From Eledone cirrhosa (taxonomy: Eukaryota), in assembly GCA_964016885.1 (NCBI GenBank), contig OZ024753.1, forward strand, positions 31,992,001 to 32,056,000: 64,000 nt of DNA. Reading direction: 5' to 3'. The notes under the pieces were generated by a model. The model worked only from the letters and a program-made list of their open reading frames with translations. It searched no databases and was not told the DNA's origin. Positions 1-14,200 of this stretch are shown piece after piece; positions within the stretch are counted from its first letter, which is position 1; each line of letters starts with the position of its first letter. The translations under genes and the position numbers were made by a program.

Positions 1-515
1 TCAGACCATAAAGGACCGTAACTCTTTGCTGCAAAGAAGGCGTCACACCCTCTACCGATACTGCCAATCCACCAAATGATTCTAATATAAGCACAAGACC
101 AGAAAATGTTTGCGAGGGGTAATTTAATTAAACCAAACCAAGTACTTCACCGGTATTTATTTTATCGACATCGGAAGGATGAAAAGCAAAGTTGACATCG
201 GTGTTATTTGAGCTCACAATATAAAGAGCAAGAACAAACACTGCTAAGCATTTGTCTGACACTCATCGACTCTACCAATCCATCACCCTTTATCTATGGA
301 ATTAATGGTTTCTGATTTAGGCACAAGGTCAACAATTTTGTGGGGGAGAGGAAAGTCGATTAAATCGACCCCAACGTGTTATTAGTACTTTATTTCATCG
401 ACCCTGTAAGGATGAAAGGCAAAGCTAACCTCGGCGGGATTTGAACGTAGAACGTAAAAGGTTGTAACTATATGTTGCAAGGAATTGTGACCAATGCTTT
501 ACTGATACTGCCAAT
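1..515 (-). mobile_element. Three tandem tRNA-derived Nin-domain SINE copies (first one cut by the window edge)
   Basis: Reverse complement shows A-box-like TGGCAGTATC, B-box-like GTTCAAATCC and the central GCCTTTCATCCTT..GGGTCGAT.AAAT..AGTAC domain; same family recurs across the window. Confidence 0.85.
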
Positions 516-904
516 ATATAGTTGACATAGACATAAACGTGAGTACACACACACACATATACACGTTGATATGTTGTTATACAGGTAGATGTGTGAACAC
601 ACACACTGATGCATGGGTGCACAGGAAAACACATTTTTATATGCATACATGCGTTGTTTTCTCTCCTTTTCTCTTTTGCATCTAGTTATACACATACGCA
701 CACAACCAAATACACATCCAAACACACAACACACACTGACACACTCACGCACATAGACATGTAGATATGAATATAGACATATATACACCTTATAAGTGGT
801 GCTCGAATACACGTACACATACAGACACATATATACACACATATATACTGACAGAAATAATGCAGAATACGCTTATACGTAAACATAGATACACAACTAC
901 GGCC

Positions 905-1018
905 GTACACACACCAAGCTTGCGTGGTGGAGAAGGTGATTTTGGACACCCCGCGGATGAAAAAAAAAACCCGCCCAAGGGCGAATAAACTCAGTAGAGT
1001 CAACAGCCATCCAATAAA
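905..1018 (+). mobile_element. Diverged fragment of RTE-type 5' region
   Basis: GGAGAAGGTGATTTTGGACACCCCGCGG..AGAGTCAACAGCCATCCA aligns by eye to the reverse complement of 40105-40210. Confidence 0.6.
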
Positions 1019-1439
1019 GTAAATTTTTTTTTATCGTGGAGCGAGAAACATACAAACATATATACATACATACATGCACATACATACATGCATATACTTG
1101 CAAGCATATACTTACATACACACACATATAATACATACATCATATATACATATATATGTATGCACATATACATACGCACATGCACACACAAATCATGCAT
1201 GGTTGAAAAGATTACGGATCACTTCTTGTAGAAAAAAAAACACGTATAGAAAATCACAAACACACAGGTACACATACATACACACATGTACATACACATA
1301 TACGCATACATACATTCATACAACCATACGCCCACATCTACACACGCAAACACTCACAGAGCTACATATACATACACACAGAAAACATACATACACACAC
1401 ACTCAGCTACTCACACATAAACACACATACAAACACAGC

Positions 1440-2245
1440 TATACATACATACACATATTCAGAGTCATACACAAACAGGCACACACACACACACACACAC
1501 ACACAATCACACACATACAGACATATATACACAGCCATATACACAAAACCACACACACACACAGCCATACACAAACAGGCACACATACACACATACAGAC
1601 ATACATACACAGCCATACACACAAAACCACACACACACACAGCCATACACAAACAGGCACACACACACAGACATACATACACAGCCATACACAAAAAACC
1701 ACACACACACACAGCCATACACAAACAGGCACACACACACATACAGACATACATACGCACCCATACACACACAGCTATACACAAACAGGCACACACACAT
1801 ACAGACATACATACACACCCATACACACACAGCCATACACAAACAGGCACACACACACATACAGACATACATACACAGCCATACACACAAAACCGCACAC
1901 ACACACACACACAGCCATACACAAACAGGCACACACACACACAATCACACACATACAGACATACATACACATCCATACACACACACACCCACACAGCCCT
2001 ACAAAAACAGGCACACACACACACACACACACAGTCATACACACAAAACCACACACACACACAAACAGGCACACACACACACACACAATCACACACATAC
2101 AGACATACATACAGAGCCATACACACAAAACCGCACACACACAGCCATACACAAACAGGCGCACACACACACAATCACACACATACAGACATACATACAC
2201 ATCCATACACACAAAACTACACACACACACAGCCCTACAAAAACA

Positions 2246-2299
<54 letters not shown>

Positions 2300-2706
2300 C
2301 ATACACACAAAACCACACACACACACAAACAGGCACACACACACACACACAATCACACACATACAGACATACATACACAGCCATACACACAAAACCGCAC
2401 ACACACACACAGCCATACACAAACAGGCGCACACACACACAATCACACACATACAGACATACATACACATCCATACACACAAAACTACACACACACACAG
2501 CCCTACAAAAACAGACACACACACACACACACACACACACAGCCATACACACAAAACCACACACACACACAAAACCACACACATACACACACAAAACCAC
2601 ATACATACAGACATACACAGCCATACACACAAAACCACACACACACACAGCCATATACAAACAGGCACACACACACACACACACACACACAGCCATATAC
2701 AAACAG

Positions 2707-2764
<58 letters not shown>
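1440..2764. repeat. CA-rich minisatellite built from ACAGCCATACACAAACAGGC / ACAGACATACAT / CAAAACCAC modules
   Basis: Directly visible tandem modules. Confidence 0.9.
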
Positions 2765-2766
<2 letters not shown>

Positions 2767-2789
2767 AGAAGAAAATATCACCAGTTTTC

Positions 2790-3125
2790 ATGATGTTGTT
2801 GATGATGATAGCGGCGATGATGGTGGAGCTGGCGTTGATACCGTAGTTGTTGTTGTTGTTGTTGATCATGATGACAACGATGGTGGCGGTGTTGGTGTTG
2901 ATATAAATGGCGGCGATGATGCTGGAAGTGGTTATGATATCGTTGCTGTTGATGAAGATGATGATGATAATGCCGATAATAATATTGCTGTTGTTGATGA
3001 TGATGATAAAAGAGGCCATGACGTTGGTGGTGCTGACGATGATAACGATGGTGGGGTTGATAATGATAATAATATCTGCGATGATGGTGGTGTTGACGAC
3101 GATGATGATGATGATGGTGATGTCA
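2790..3125. repeat. Degenerate (GAT/GTT/GGT)n trinucleotide repeat
   Basis: Directly visible. Confidence 0.85.
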
Positions 3126-3298
3126 AATTACAAGTATCATAGTTAATTTTCTGTATTTCCTCCTGGGAATCTCACGGAATTGCTAGTATTGTTCCTTTAA
3201 TATCACCTAATTCTTTCTAATAGCTTCTAGAAAGAGATTAACATTGGTGTATGTATGTATATATGTAGTATGTATGTATATGTCTATGTGTGTATATT

Positions 3299-3359
<61 letters not shown>

Positions 3360-4497
3360 GGTTTTCCGAAGGGGATCTTGAAGAAACTACAGTCAAATAA
3401 GGTATTCAATACATTAGTTGAGAAAATACCTATTTATTTACTATAGAAATTACTTCTACAGGATTAGTATTTCATTTGTTTTAAATCATCATGATTTCAA
3501 ACAAATAAGACAGTTCTAGTCTTCTAGAATTCAGTCCTGTATGATATATATATGTATATGTATTAATTTTGGATATATATATGTATATATATATTAATTT
3601 TGGATATATATATATATATTTGGTTTCTGAATTTGTTTAGCAAGATTCTTTATCTGAAAACGTGTGTTGAAACCGATATTGTTATACTTTGAAGTGAAAG
3701 CAACTGGTGCGTGTGTTTCTTATTGGCAACATGACCCTCCCAAAGTATAATAATATAAATATATATATATATATCACGATAAATTAACGGAAGCATAGGC
3801 CCTCGCTATTCCCTGTAAATAATGTGCTCAAAGGAGAAGAAATCCTGAGCTCTTTAAAATACAATATGTTGAAAAGGTAACACACCAGAGAGAGATATAC
3901 AGTGCGCTATCAATAAAACAGGGGAAAAAACCACCAGTGTATGGAATCTATAACCTATGAAAGGCAGACTATAGACACGATAATTAAAAATATAAATTAA
4001 AGCGTAAATAAATACCTCTATAACTATATAACACACGTACAAATCCATACATATATATATATATATATAAAATGGAATAGAATGAAATAAAATTTCATTT
4101 CTCACTCTTAGTACGGCACTTACTTAAATGTAAGTATGTATGTATACGTACATACATATATGTATACAGACGTACAGTAGCATGTATATATATATATATA
4201 TGTATATATATATACATGCAGGCACACATATATACATGTACGTATCAGTTTAGCGGACATTTATTATAATGTCCGCTTTGTTCGTTTGTAAACAAACGGA
4301 CAGCCTGATTTATGCCGTACGGTGTTAAGGCAACCACGTCACCTTTTTGTTCAACACTGACACAGGAACGATGTACTAGTTTCAAGCTTGTTAGCTATCG
4401 TCAGCACCGTATACCCTTATGCCAGATGGTTGAACGTTCGAAAGTATATACTTTCCTTATGAAAATTAACGGCTGAGCAGCCTAATTTGCATATCGA

Positions 4498-5703
4498 GTG
4501 AGTTCAGTTCATGAAAGCTCCATAGACCTCATCATGTACTCTCGTTATGTAGACGATATCAATATAGTTATAAGAACACCCCCACTAGAGAGCACTAACA
4601 AGTTTGATTTAGAACGTAGCACGATGGAAAGCATCCAGCAGATAGCTAATTCCATACACCAGAGTATAACTGTAACTATCGACTTCCCTTCCAAACACCC
4701 TAACAATAGACTACCTGTATTAGACACAGAACTCTGGATTAACACTATAGACGAGAGAGCCCAAATTCTCCACTCACACTATGCTAAACCCATGGCCTCC
4801 AAATACCTGATACTCAAAAACTCAGCAATGTCCAGTAGTGCTAAGTTTAATATTCTGATCGCAGATTTGGTACGAGTGATGAAGAATGTGTCCCGCATGT
4901 GCGACCCAACAGAAATGGAAAGACACATCCAACACTTCATCAACCGCATGCAGTTCTCTGGCTACAACCAAAGAGACAGAGTCAGAGTATACGAAGGAGC
5001 CATGGAAAAGTATAAGACCCTCATAGAACTGGACATGAAAGGAATTTGCCCATTATACAGGAGCAAATCATGGAATAGCTTAGATAGGGCTAGACATAAG
5101 ATAGGGAAAGCCACATCATGGTACGACAACCAGAGATACCAGAGTGTCATGTTTGTGGACGCCACCCCTGGAGGGAAATTAGCTAACCAGTGTAGAAAGG
5201 CCCTGAGAAAGACCCACTTAAAAATAAAGGTGGTAGAAAAGCCAGGAACCACCATAAAATCCCTGATCAGCAAAACCTACCCTTTTAAGAAAACCCACTG
5301 TACCAATAGGAAATGTATCATATGTAAGGTGAACCCCCGGATAAACTGTAAAACTAGAAACGTAGTCTATAGCATAAGATGTACAGAGGGTACTTGCAGA
5401 AACATGACAACAACATACATAGGTGAGACAGCTCGTAGCATAGGTGAAAGGATAGACCAACACTGGGGGGAATTAAAAGGACGAAAAAACGGGTCAGTAC
5501 TATACGAACATGCTAGACAACAACATGACGGTAACATAGACAACATAGAAATTAGAATAATATCTAAACATAGAAATGACCCAGCAGATAGGCAAATCAG
5601 AGAGGCCAGTGAAATAGAAATTAGAAGACCAAAGCTAAACAGAAAGAATGAATGGAATAACAACAACACCCAAACAAACAACACTGACCTAAGAGAAGTA
5701 TAA
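4498..5703 (+). mobile_element. Penelope-like element, 5'-truncated ORF (RT C-terminal part + GIY-YIG endonuclease)
   Basis: RYVDDI RT motif, LPVLDT, Cx4Cx2C linker, VVY..C..YIGET.RS...R...H and terminal E...LNRK typical of PLE GIY-YIG; open frame for 401 codons. Confidence 0.93.
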
Positions 5704-5935
5704 ATAAGTAAATAAAATAAGATAAATAAATACATACACAAGCACAATAACAACAAGCACATAAACACACACTAGTCACCCATCACACAGCAAACATAAC
5801 ACTATACACACACGCAAGCGCATGCGCAAAGAGGACAACATAAAATAAACAAACAAGCAAATAAATAAATAAATATATAGACAGACTGAATAAAAAATGG
5901 CGTAGACATACAACACAACAGGAGGAAAATATAAC

Positions 5936-5977
5936 ACCACTGACGATGTTGCAGATGTGCAACGAAAGATTTATGAT
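5936..5977 (+). ncRNA. Type I minimal hammerhead ribozyme motif in PLE pseudo-LTR
   Basis: ACCA-CTGACGA-T-GTTGCA(gatg)TGCAAC-GAAA-GATT-TA-TGAT: intact core, 6-bp stem II, one mismatch in stem I. Confidence 0.8.
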
Positions 5978-6219
5978 AAACTATATATATGTGTTTGTGT
6001 CTATATTGTATCTGTATTATTTTTGACCGTCGGTCAGTCAATGGCAACATTGAGGACCGAGTAAGTTAGATTACCGATATAAAAGACAGCGAGAAGCGAA
6101 AACCAACCAAACAGTGAGTGTGTTCTGTTATTAATTCTGGCAATATTACACAAATATGACCCTCCCCAAGTATAACAATATTTGTTTCGACACACGATTT
6201 CATATAAAAAACCTCGCAA

Positions 6220-6270
<51 letters not shown>

Positions 6271-6344
6271 TATATATATATTCATAATTTAATTTTAATA
6301 TAATATATATAAATATTCATAATTTAATTTTACTCATAATGTTC

Positions 6345-6813
6345 AAGGAAACAACAAACAGAGGTAAAAAAAGTCTTATTAATTTCACGCCTCATGTGGA
6401 AAAGGGAAAAGAAAGTTCGACGTGTCGGGTTTTAGCCCTTCTTCACGAGTACAAAAACAGATACAATATCACAAAGGATACAGAAAATAAAGGTAGTCTA
6501 AGTAAAGAAAAGAAAATCAAAAATAAAGAGAGTGAACAAGACAAACCGTTAGGTCGTCTTGGTAATGATTTTGGAACGTAAAGTGAAGTGTGTGTGTATT
6601 AGTGTCAATATTATGTGAGAATGTAAGTGTATGTTTAAACGTGTGTGTTTTTAAGGGATATTTTATAAAGTATCAATGCTTGTGTGTGTTATGAGTCCAG
6701 TAAAATGATGATGCAATTGGACTCAAGTACACAACGTCATGTGTATACTTCCAAATGCGATTTGGGTGTCCAAGATTGATCATACGTGCAATGATGATAA
6801 TTACGAAGGCTAG
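6345..6813 (-). mobile_element. Probable PLE terminal fragment with degenerate hammerhead, flanked by a ~37-bp direct repeat
   Basis: Minus strand 6449-6416 reads CTC-GTGAAGA-AGGG(ctaaaa)CCC-GACA-CG-TC-GAA; ATATAAATATTCATAATTTA.TTTTACTCATAATGTTC lies on both sides. Confidence 0.55.
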
Positions 6814-7000
6814 ATATAAATATTCATAATTTATTTTTACTCATAATGTTCCGTAATGCATATTTCTCTGGCGCTAATGCTGCCATCATGCAACCAGTAA
6901 CACGTCTTCATCAGGCAGCATTTTAAGTAATAAGGATATTTAACCGAGGTTGGTCCTATTAGAGTCAGTCCCCTTTTATACACCCCCACCCCCACCCCAC

Positions 7001-7188
7001 ATATATATATATATATACATACATACACCCATGCACACATACATAGACATGTACATACATGTATATACTTATTTATATATACCTATATAATTATATATAT
7101 GTTTATATATATACACACACATATATATATATATACACACACATATATATATATATACACACATATATATACACATATATATACACAC

Positions 7189-7237
<49 letters not shown>

Positions 7238-7712
7238 TATATACACACACACATATATATACACATTTATATATTATATATATACATATATATATACACA
7301 CACATATATATATATATATATACACATATATACACACACATATATATATATATATACACATATATATATATATACACACATATATATATATATACACATA
7401 TATATATACACACACATATATATATATATACACATATATATATACACACACATATATATATATACACACACATATATATATATACACATATATATATATA
7501 CACACACACATATATATATACACACATATATATATATACACACATATATATATACACACATATATATATACACACATATATATATACACACATATATATA
7601 TACACACATATATATATATATATATAGACACCTATATATACACACACATAAATACACACACACATACATATATATATACACACACATATACACACAGACA
7701 CAGACACATACA
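7001..7712. repeat. (TA)n/(CA)n compound microsatellite
   Basis: Directly visible. Confidence 0.95.
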
Positions 7713-7767
7713 AATGAAATTTTATCGATTTGGCTATTATGAAAATAAACATCACAAATCATTTGCG

Positions 7768-7792
7768 CTACTACTACTACCACTACCACCAG

Positions 7793-7846
<54 letters not shown>

Positions 7847-7935
7847 GAGCACTACTACTACTACAACTACTATTACTACTACTAGAACTACTACTACCAC
7901 CTTTAGTTGAAGTAGTATTATAGTAGTAGTAGTAA
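7768..7935. repeat. (CTA)n microsatellite followed by a short inverted (TAG)n
   Basis: Directly visible. Confidence 0.9.
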
Positions 7936-8063
7936 TATTTAGCTAAGAATGTAAAATATGTCGACACATCAAAATATTATTAAGAATCGGAACATTGCGG
8001 TAAAATGTAACGAAAATAAACAAACAAACACCACCACCAAAAACAAAACATAAAGCAACATAA

Positions 8064-8263
8064 NNNNNNNNNNNNNNNNNNNNNNNNNNNNNNNNNNNNN
8101 NNNNNNNNNNNNNNNNNNNNNNNNNNNNNNNNNNNNNNNNNNNNNNNNNNNNNNNNNNNNNNNNNNNNNNNNNNNNNNNNNNNNNNNNNNNNNNNNNNNN
8201 NNNNNNNNNNNNNNNNNNNNNNNNNNNNNNNNNNNNNNNNNNNNNNNNNNNNNNNNNNNNNNN
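8064..8263. other. Assembly gap (200 N)
   Basis: Run of N. Confidence 1.
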
Positions 8264-11200
8264 AGTGTATGTCAGTGTCAGTGTATGTCAGTGTATGTCA
8301 GTGTATGTCTGTGTCAGTGTATGTCAGTGTCAGTGTATGTCTGTGTCAGTGTATCTCTGTGTCAGTGTATGTCTGTGTCAGTGTATGTCAGTGTCAGTGT
8401 ATGTCAGTGTCAGTGTATGTCAGTGTCTGTCTATGTCTGTATCTGTGTATGTCTGTGTCAGTATATGTCAGTGTCAGTGTATGTCAGTGTCAGTGTATGT
8501 CAGTGTCAGTGTATGTCAGTGTCAGTGTATGTCAGTGTATGTCAGTGTATGTCAGTGTCAGTATATGTCAGTGTCAGTGTATGTCTGTGTCAGTGTATGT
8601 ATGTGTCAGTGTATGTCAGTATCAGTGTATGTCAGTGTCAGTGTATGTCTGTGTCAGTGCATGTCAGTGTCAGTCTATGTCAGTGTCAGTGTATGTCAGT
8701 GTCAGTGTATGTCAGTGTCAGTGTATGTCAGTGTATGTCAGTGTATGTCTGTGTCAGTGTATGTCAGTGTCAGTGTATGTCTGTGTCAGTGTATCTCTGT
8801 GTCAGTGTATGTCTGTGTCAGTGTATGTCAGTGTCAGTGTATGTCAGTGTCAGTGTATGTCAGTGTCAGTGTATGTCTGTGTCAGTGCATGTCAGTGTCA
8901 GTGTATGTCAGTGTATGTCAGTGTCAGTGTATGTCAGTGTCAGTGTATGTCAGTGTCAGTGTATGTCTGTGTCAGTGCATGTCAGTGTCAGTGTATGTCC
9001 GTGTATGTCAGTATCAGTGTATGTCTGTGTCAGTGTATGTCTGTGTCAGTGTATGTCTGTGTCAGTGTATGTCAGTGTCAGTGTATATCTGTGTCAGTGT
9101 ATGTCAGTGTCAGTGTATGTCTGTGTCAGTGTATGTCTGTGTCAGTGTATGTCTATGTCAGTGTATGTCAGTGTCACTGTATGTCTGTGTCAGTGTATGT
9201 CTGTGTCAGTTTATGTCAGTGTCAGTGTATGTCAGTGGCAGTGTACGTCAGTGTCAGTGTATGTAAGTGTCAGTGTATGTCTGTGTCAGTGTATGTCAGT
9301 GTCAGTGTATGTCAGTGTATGTCAGTGTCAGTGTATGTCAGTGTCAGTGTATGTCTGTGTCAGTGTATGTCAGTGTCAGTGTATGTCAGTGTCAGTGTAT
9401 GTCTGTGTCAGTGTATGTCAGTGTACGTCAGTGTCAGTGTATGTCTGTGTCAGTGTATGTCAGTGTCAGTGTATGTCTGTGTCAGTGTATGTCAGTGTCA
9501 GTGTATGTCAGTGTCACTGTATGTCTGTGTCAGTGTATGTCTGTGTCAGTTTATGTCAGTGTCAGTGTATGTCAGTGGCAGTGTATGTCTGTGTCAGCGT
9601 ATGTCTGTGTCAGTGTATGTCAGTGTCAGTGTATGTCAGTGTCAGTGTATGTCTGTGTCAGTGTATGTCAGTGTACGTCAGTGTCAGTGTAAGTCAGTGT
9701 CAGTGTATGCCTGTGTCAGTGTATGTCAGTGTCAGTGTATGTCTGTGTCAGTGTATGTCAGTGTCAGTGTATGTCTGTATCTGTATATGTCAGTGTCAGC
9801 GTATGTCAGTGTCAGTCTATGTCTGTGTCAGTGTATGTCTGTGTCAGTGTATGTCTGTGACAATGTATGTCATTGTCAGTGTATGCCAGTGTCACTGTAT
9901 GTCTGTGTCAGTGTATGTCTGTGTATGACAGTGTCAGTGTATGTCAGTGTCAGTGTATGTCAGTGTCAGTGTATGTCTGTGTCAGTGTATGTCAGTGTCA
10001 GTGTATCTCTGTGTCAGTGTATGTCAGTGTCAGTGTATGTCTGTGTCAGTGTATGTCTGTATCTGTGTATGTCTGTGTCAGTATATGTCAGTGTCAGTGT
10101 ATGTCTGTGTCAGTGTATGTCAGTGTCAGTGTATGTCAGTGTCAGTGTATGTCAGTGTATGTCTGTGTCAGTGTATGTCAGTGTCAGTGTATATCAATGT
10201 CAGTGAATGTCTGTGTCAGTGTATGCTGTGTCAGTGCATGACAGTGGCAGTGTATGTCTGAGTCAGTGTATGTCTGTGTCAGTCTATGTCTATGTCAGTG
10301 TATGTCAGTGTCAGTGTGTGTCAGTGTATGGCAGTGTCAGTGTATGTCTGTGTCAGTGTATGTCAGTGTCAGTGTATGTCAGTGTCAGTGTATGTCTGTG
10401 TCAGTGTATGTCAGTGTCAGTGTATGTTAGTGTCAATGTATGTGTCAGTGTCAGTGTATGTCAGTCTCAGTATATGTCTGTGTCAGTGTATGTCAGTGTC
10501 AGTGTATGTCTATATCAGTGTATGTCAGTGTATGTCAGTGTATGTCAGTGTCAGTGTATGTCAATGTCAGTGTATGTCAGTGTATGTCTGTGTCAGTGTA
10601 TATCAGTGTCAGTGTATGTCAGAGTCAGTGTATGTCTGTGTCAGTTTATGTCTGTCTCAGTGTATGTCTATATCAGTGTATGTCAGTGTCTGTGTATGTC
10701 TGTGTCAGTGTATGTCAGTGTCAGTGTATGTCAGTGTCAGTGTATGTCTGTGTCAGTGTATGTCTGTGTATGACAGTGTCAGTGTATGTCAGTGTCAGTG
10801 TATGTCAGTGTCAGTGTATGTCTGTGTCAGTGTATGTCAGTGTCAGTGTATGTCTGTGTCAGTGTATGTCAGTGTCAGTGTATGTCAGTGTCAGTGTATG
10901 TCTGTGTCAGTGTATGTCAGTGTATGTCTGTGTCAGTGTATACCTGTGTCAGTGTTTGTCAGTGTCACTGTATGTCTGTGTCAGTGTATGTCAGTGTCTG
11001 TCTATGTCTGTATCTGTGTATGTCTGTGTCAGTATATGTCAGTGTATGTCAGTGTCAGTGTATGTCAGTGTCAGTGTATGTCAGTGTCAGTGTATGTCAG
11101 TGTATGTCAGTGTCAGTATATGTCAGTGTCAGTGTATGTCTGTGTCAGTGTATGTATGTGTCAGTGTATGTCAGTATCAGTGTATGTCAGTGTCAGTGTA

Positions 11201-14200
11201 TGTCTGTGTCAGTGCATGTCAGTCTATGTCAGTGTCAGTGTATGTCAGTGTCAGTGTATGTCAGTGTATGTCAGTGTATGTCTGTGTCAGTGTATGTCAG
11301 TGTCAGTGTATGTCTGTGTCAGTGTATCTCTGTGTCAGTGTATGTCTGTGTCAGTGTATGTCAGTGTCAGTGTATGTCAGTGTCAGTGTATGTCAGTGTC
11401 TGTCTATGTCTGTATCTGTGTATGTCTGTGTCAGTATATGTCAGTGTCAGTGTATGTCAGTGTCAGTGTATGTCAGTGTCAGTGTATGTCAGTGTCAGTG
11501 TATGTCAGTGTATGTCAGTGTATGTCAGTGTCAGTATATGTCAGTGTCAGTGTATGTCTGTGTCAGTGTATGTATGTGTCAGTGTATGTCAGTATCAGTG
11601 TATGTCAGTGTCAGTGTATGTCTGTGTCAGTGCATGTCAGTGTCAGTCTATGTCAGTGTCAGTGTATGTCAGTGTCAGTGTATGTCAGTGTCAGTGTATG
11701 TCAGTGTATGTCAGTGTATGTCTGTGTCAGTGTATGTCAGTGTCAGTGTATGTCTGTGTCAGTGTATCTCTGTGTCAGTGTATGTCTGTGTCAGTGTATG
11801 TCAGTGTCAGTGTATGTCAGTGTCAGTGTATGTCAGTGTCAGTGTATGTCTGTGTCAGTGCATGTCAGTGTCAGTGTATGTCAGTGTATGTCAGTGTCAG
11901 TGTATGTCAGTGTCAGTGTATGTCAGTGTCAGTGTATGTCTGTGTCAGTGCATGTCAGTGTCAGTGTATGTCCGTGTATGTCAGTATCAGTGTATGTCTG
12001 TGTCAGTGTATGTCTGTGTCAGTGTATGTCTGTGTCAGTGTATGTCAGTGTCAGTGTATATCTGTGTCAGTGTATGTCAGTGTCAGTGTATGTCTGTGTC
12101 AGTGTATGTCTGTGTCAGTGTATGTCTATGTCAGTGTATGTCAGTGTCACTGTATGTCTGTGTCAGTGTATGTCTGTGTCAGTTTATGTCAGTGTCAGTG
12201 TATGTCAGTGGCAGTGTACGTCAGTGTCAGTGTATGTAAGTGTCAGTGTATGTCTGTGTCAGTGTATGTCAGTGTCAGTGTATGTCAGTGTATGTCAGTG
12301 TCAGTGTATGTCAGTGTCAGTGTATGTCTGTGTCAGTGTATGTCAGTGTCAGTGTATGTCAGTGTCAGTGTATGTCTGTGTCAGTGTATGTCAGTGTACG
12401 TCAGTGTCAGTGTATGTCTGTGTCAGTGTATGTCAGTGTCAGTGTATGTCTGTGTCAGTGTATGTCAGTGTCAGTGTATGTCAGTGTCACTGTATGTCTG
12501 TGTCAGTGTATGTCTGTGTCAGTTTATGTCAGTGTCAGTGTATGTCAGTGGCAGTGTATGTCTGTGTCAGCGTATGTCTGTGTCAGTGTATGTCAGTGTC
12601 AGTGTATGTCAGTGTCAGTGTATGTCTGTGTCAGTGTATGTCAGTGTACGTCAGTGTCAGTGTAAGTCAGTGTCAGTGTATGCCTGTGTCAGTGTATGTC
12701 AGTGTCAGTGTATGTCTGTGTCAGTGTATGTCAGTGTCAGTGTATGTCTGTATCTGTATATGTCAGTGTCAGCGTATGTCAGTGTCAGTCTATGTCTGTG
12801 TCAGTGTATGTCTGTGTCAGTGTATGTCTGTGACAATGTATGTCATTGTCAGTGTATGCCAGTGTCACTGTATGTCTGTGTCAGTGTATGTCTGTGTATG
12901 ACAGTGTCAGTGTATGTCAGTGTCAGTGTATGTCAGTGTCAGTGTATGTCTGTGTCAGTGTATGTCAGTGTCAGTGTATTTCTGTGTCAGTGTATGTCAG
13001 TGTCAGTGTATGTCTGTGTCAGTGTATGTCTGTATCTGTGTATGTCTGTGTCAGTATATGTCAGTGTCAGTGTATGTCTGTGTCAGTGTATGTCAGTGTC
13101 AGTGTATGTCAGTGTCAGTGTATGTCAGTGTATGTCTGTGTCAGTGTATGTCAGTGTCAGTGTATATCAATGTCAGTGAATGTCTGTGTCAGTGTATGCT
13201 GTGTCAGTGCATGACAGTGGCAGTGTATGTCTGAGTCAGTGTATGTCTGTGTCAGTCTATGTCTATGTCAGTGTATGTCAGTGTCAGTGTGTGTCAGTGT
13301 ATGGCAGTGTCAGTGTATGTCTGTGTCAGTGTATGTCAGTGTCAGTGTATGTCAGTGTCAGTGTATGTCTGTGTCAGTGTATGTCAGTGTCAGTGTATGT
13401 TAGTGTCAATGTATGTGTCAGTGTCAGTGTATGTCAGTCTCAGTATATGTCTGTGTCAGTGTATGTCAGTGTCAGTGTATGTCTATATCAGTGTATGTCA
13501 GTGTATGTCAGTGTATGTCAGTGTCAGTGTATGTCAATGTCAGTGTATGTCAGTGTATGTCTGTGTCAGTGTATATCAGTGTCAGTGTATGTCAGAGTCA
13601 GTGTATGTCTGTGTCAGTTTATGTCTGTCTCAGTGTATGTCTATATCAGTGTATGTCAGTGTCTGTGTATGTCTGTGTCAGTGTATGTCAGTGTCAGTGT
13701 ATGTCAGTGTCAGTGTATGTCTGTGTCAGTGTATGTCAGTGTCAGTGTATGTCTATGTCAGTGTATGTCAGTGTCAGTGTATGTCTGTGTCAGTGTATGT
13801 CTGTCTCGGTGTATGTCTGTGTCAGTGTATGTCAGTGTAAGTGTATGTCTGTCTCAGTGTATGTCTGTGTCAGTGTATGTCTGTGTCAGTTTTTATCTGT
13901 GTCAGTGTATGTCTGTGTCAGGTAACGTCAGTGTCAGTGTATGTCTGTGTCAGTGTATGTCTGTTTCTGTGTATGTCTGTGTCAGTGTATGTCAGTGTCA
14001 GTGTATGTCAGTGTCAGTGTATGTCTGTGTCATTGTATGTCAGTGTCAGTGTATGTATGTGTCAGTGTATGTCTGTGGCAGTGTCAGTGTCAGTGTATGT
14101 CTGTGTCAGTATATATCAGTGTCAGAGTATGTCTGTGTCTGTGACTGTCAATGTATGTCTGTGTCAGTGTATGTCTGTGTCAGTGTATGTCAGTGTCAGT

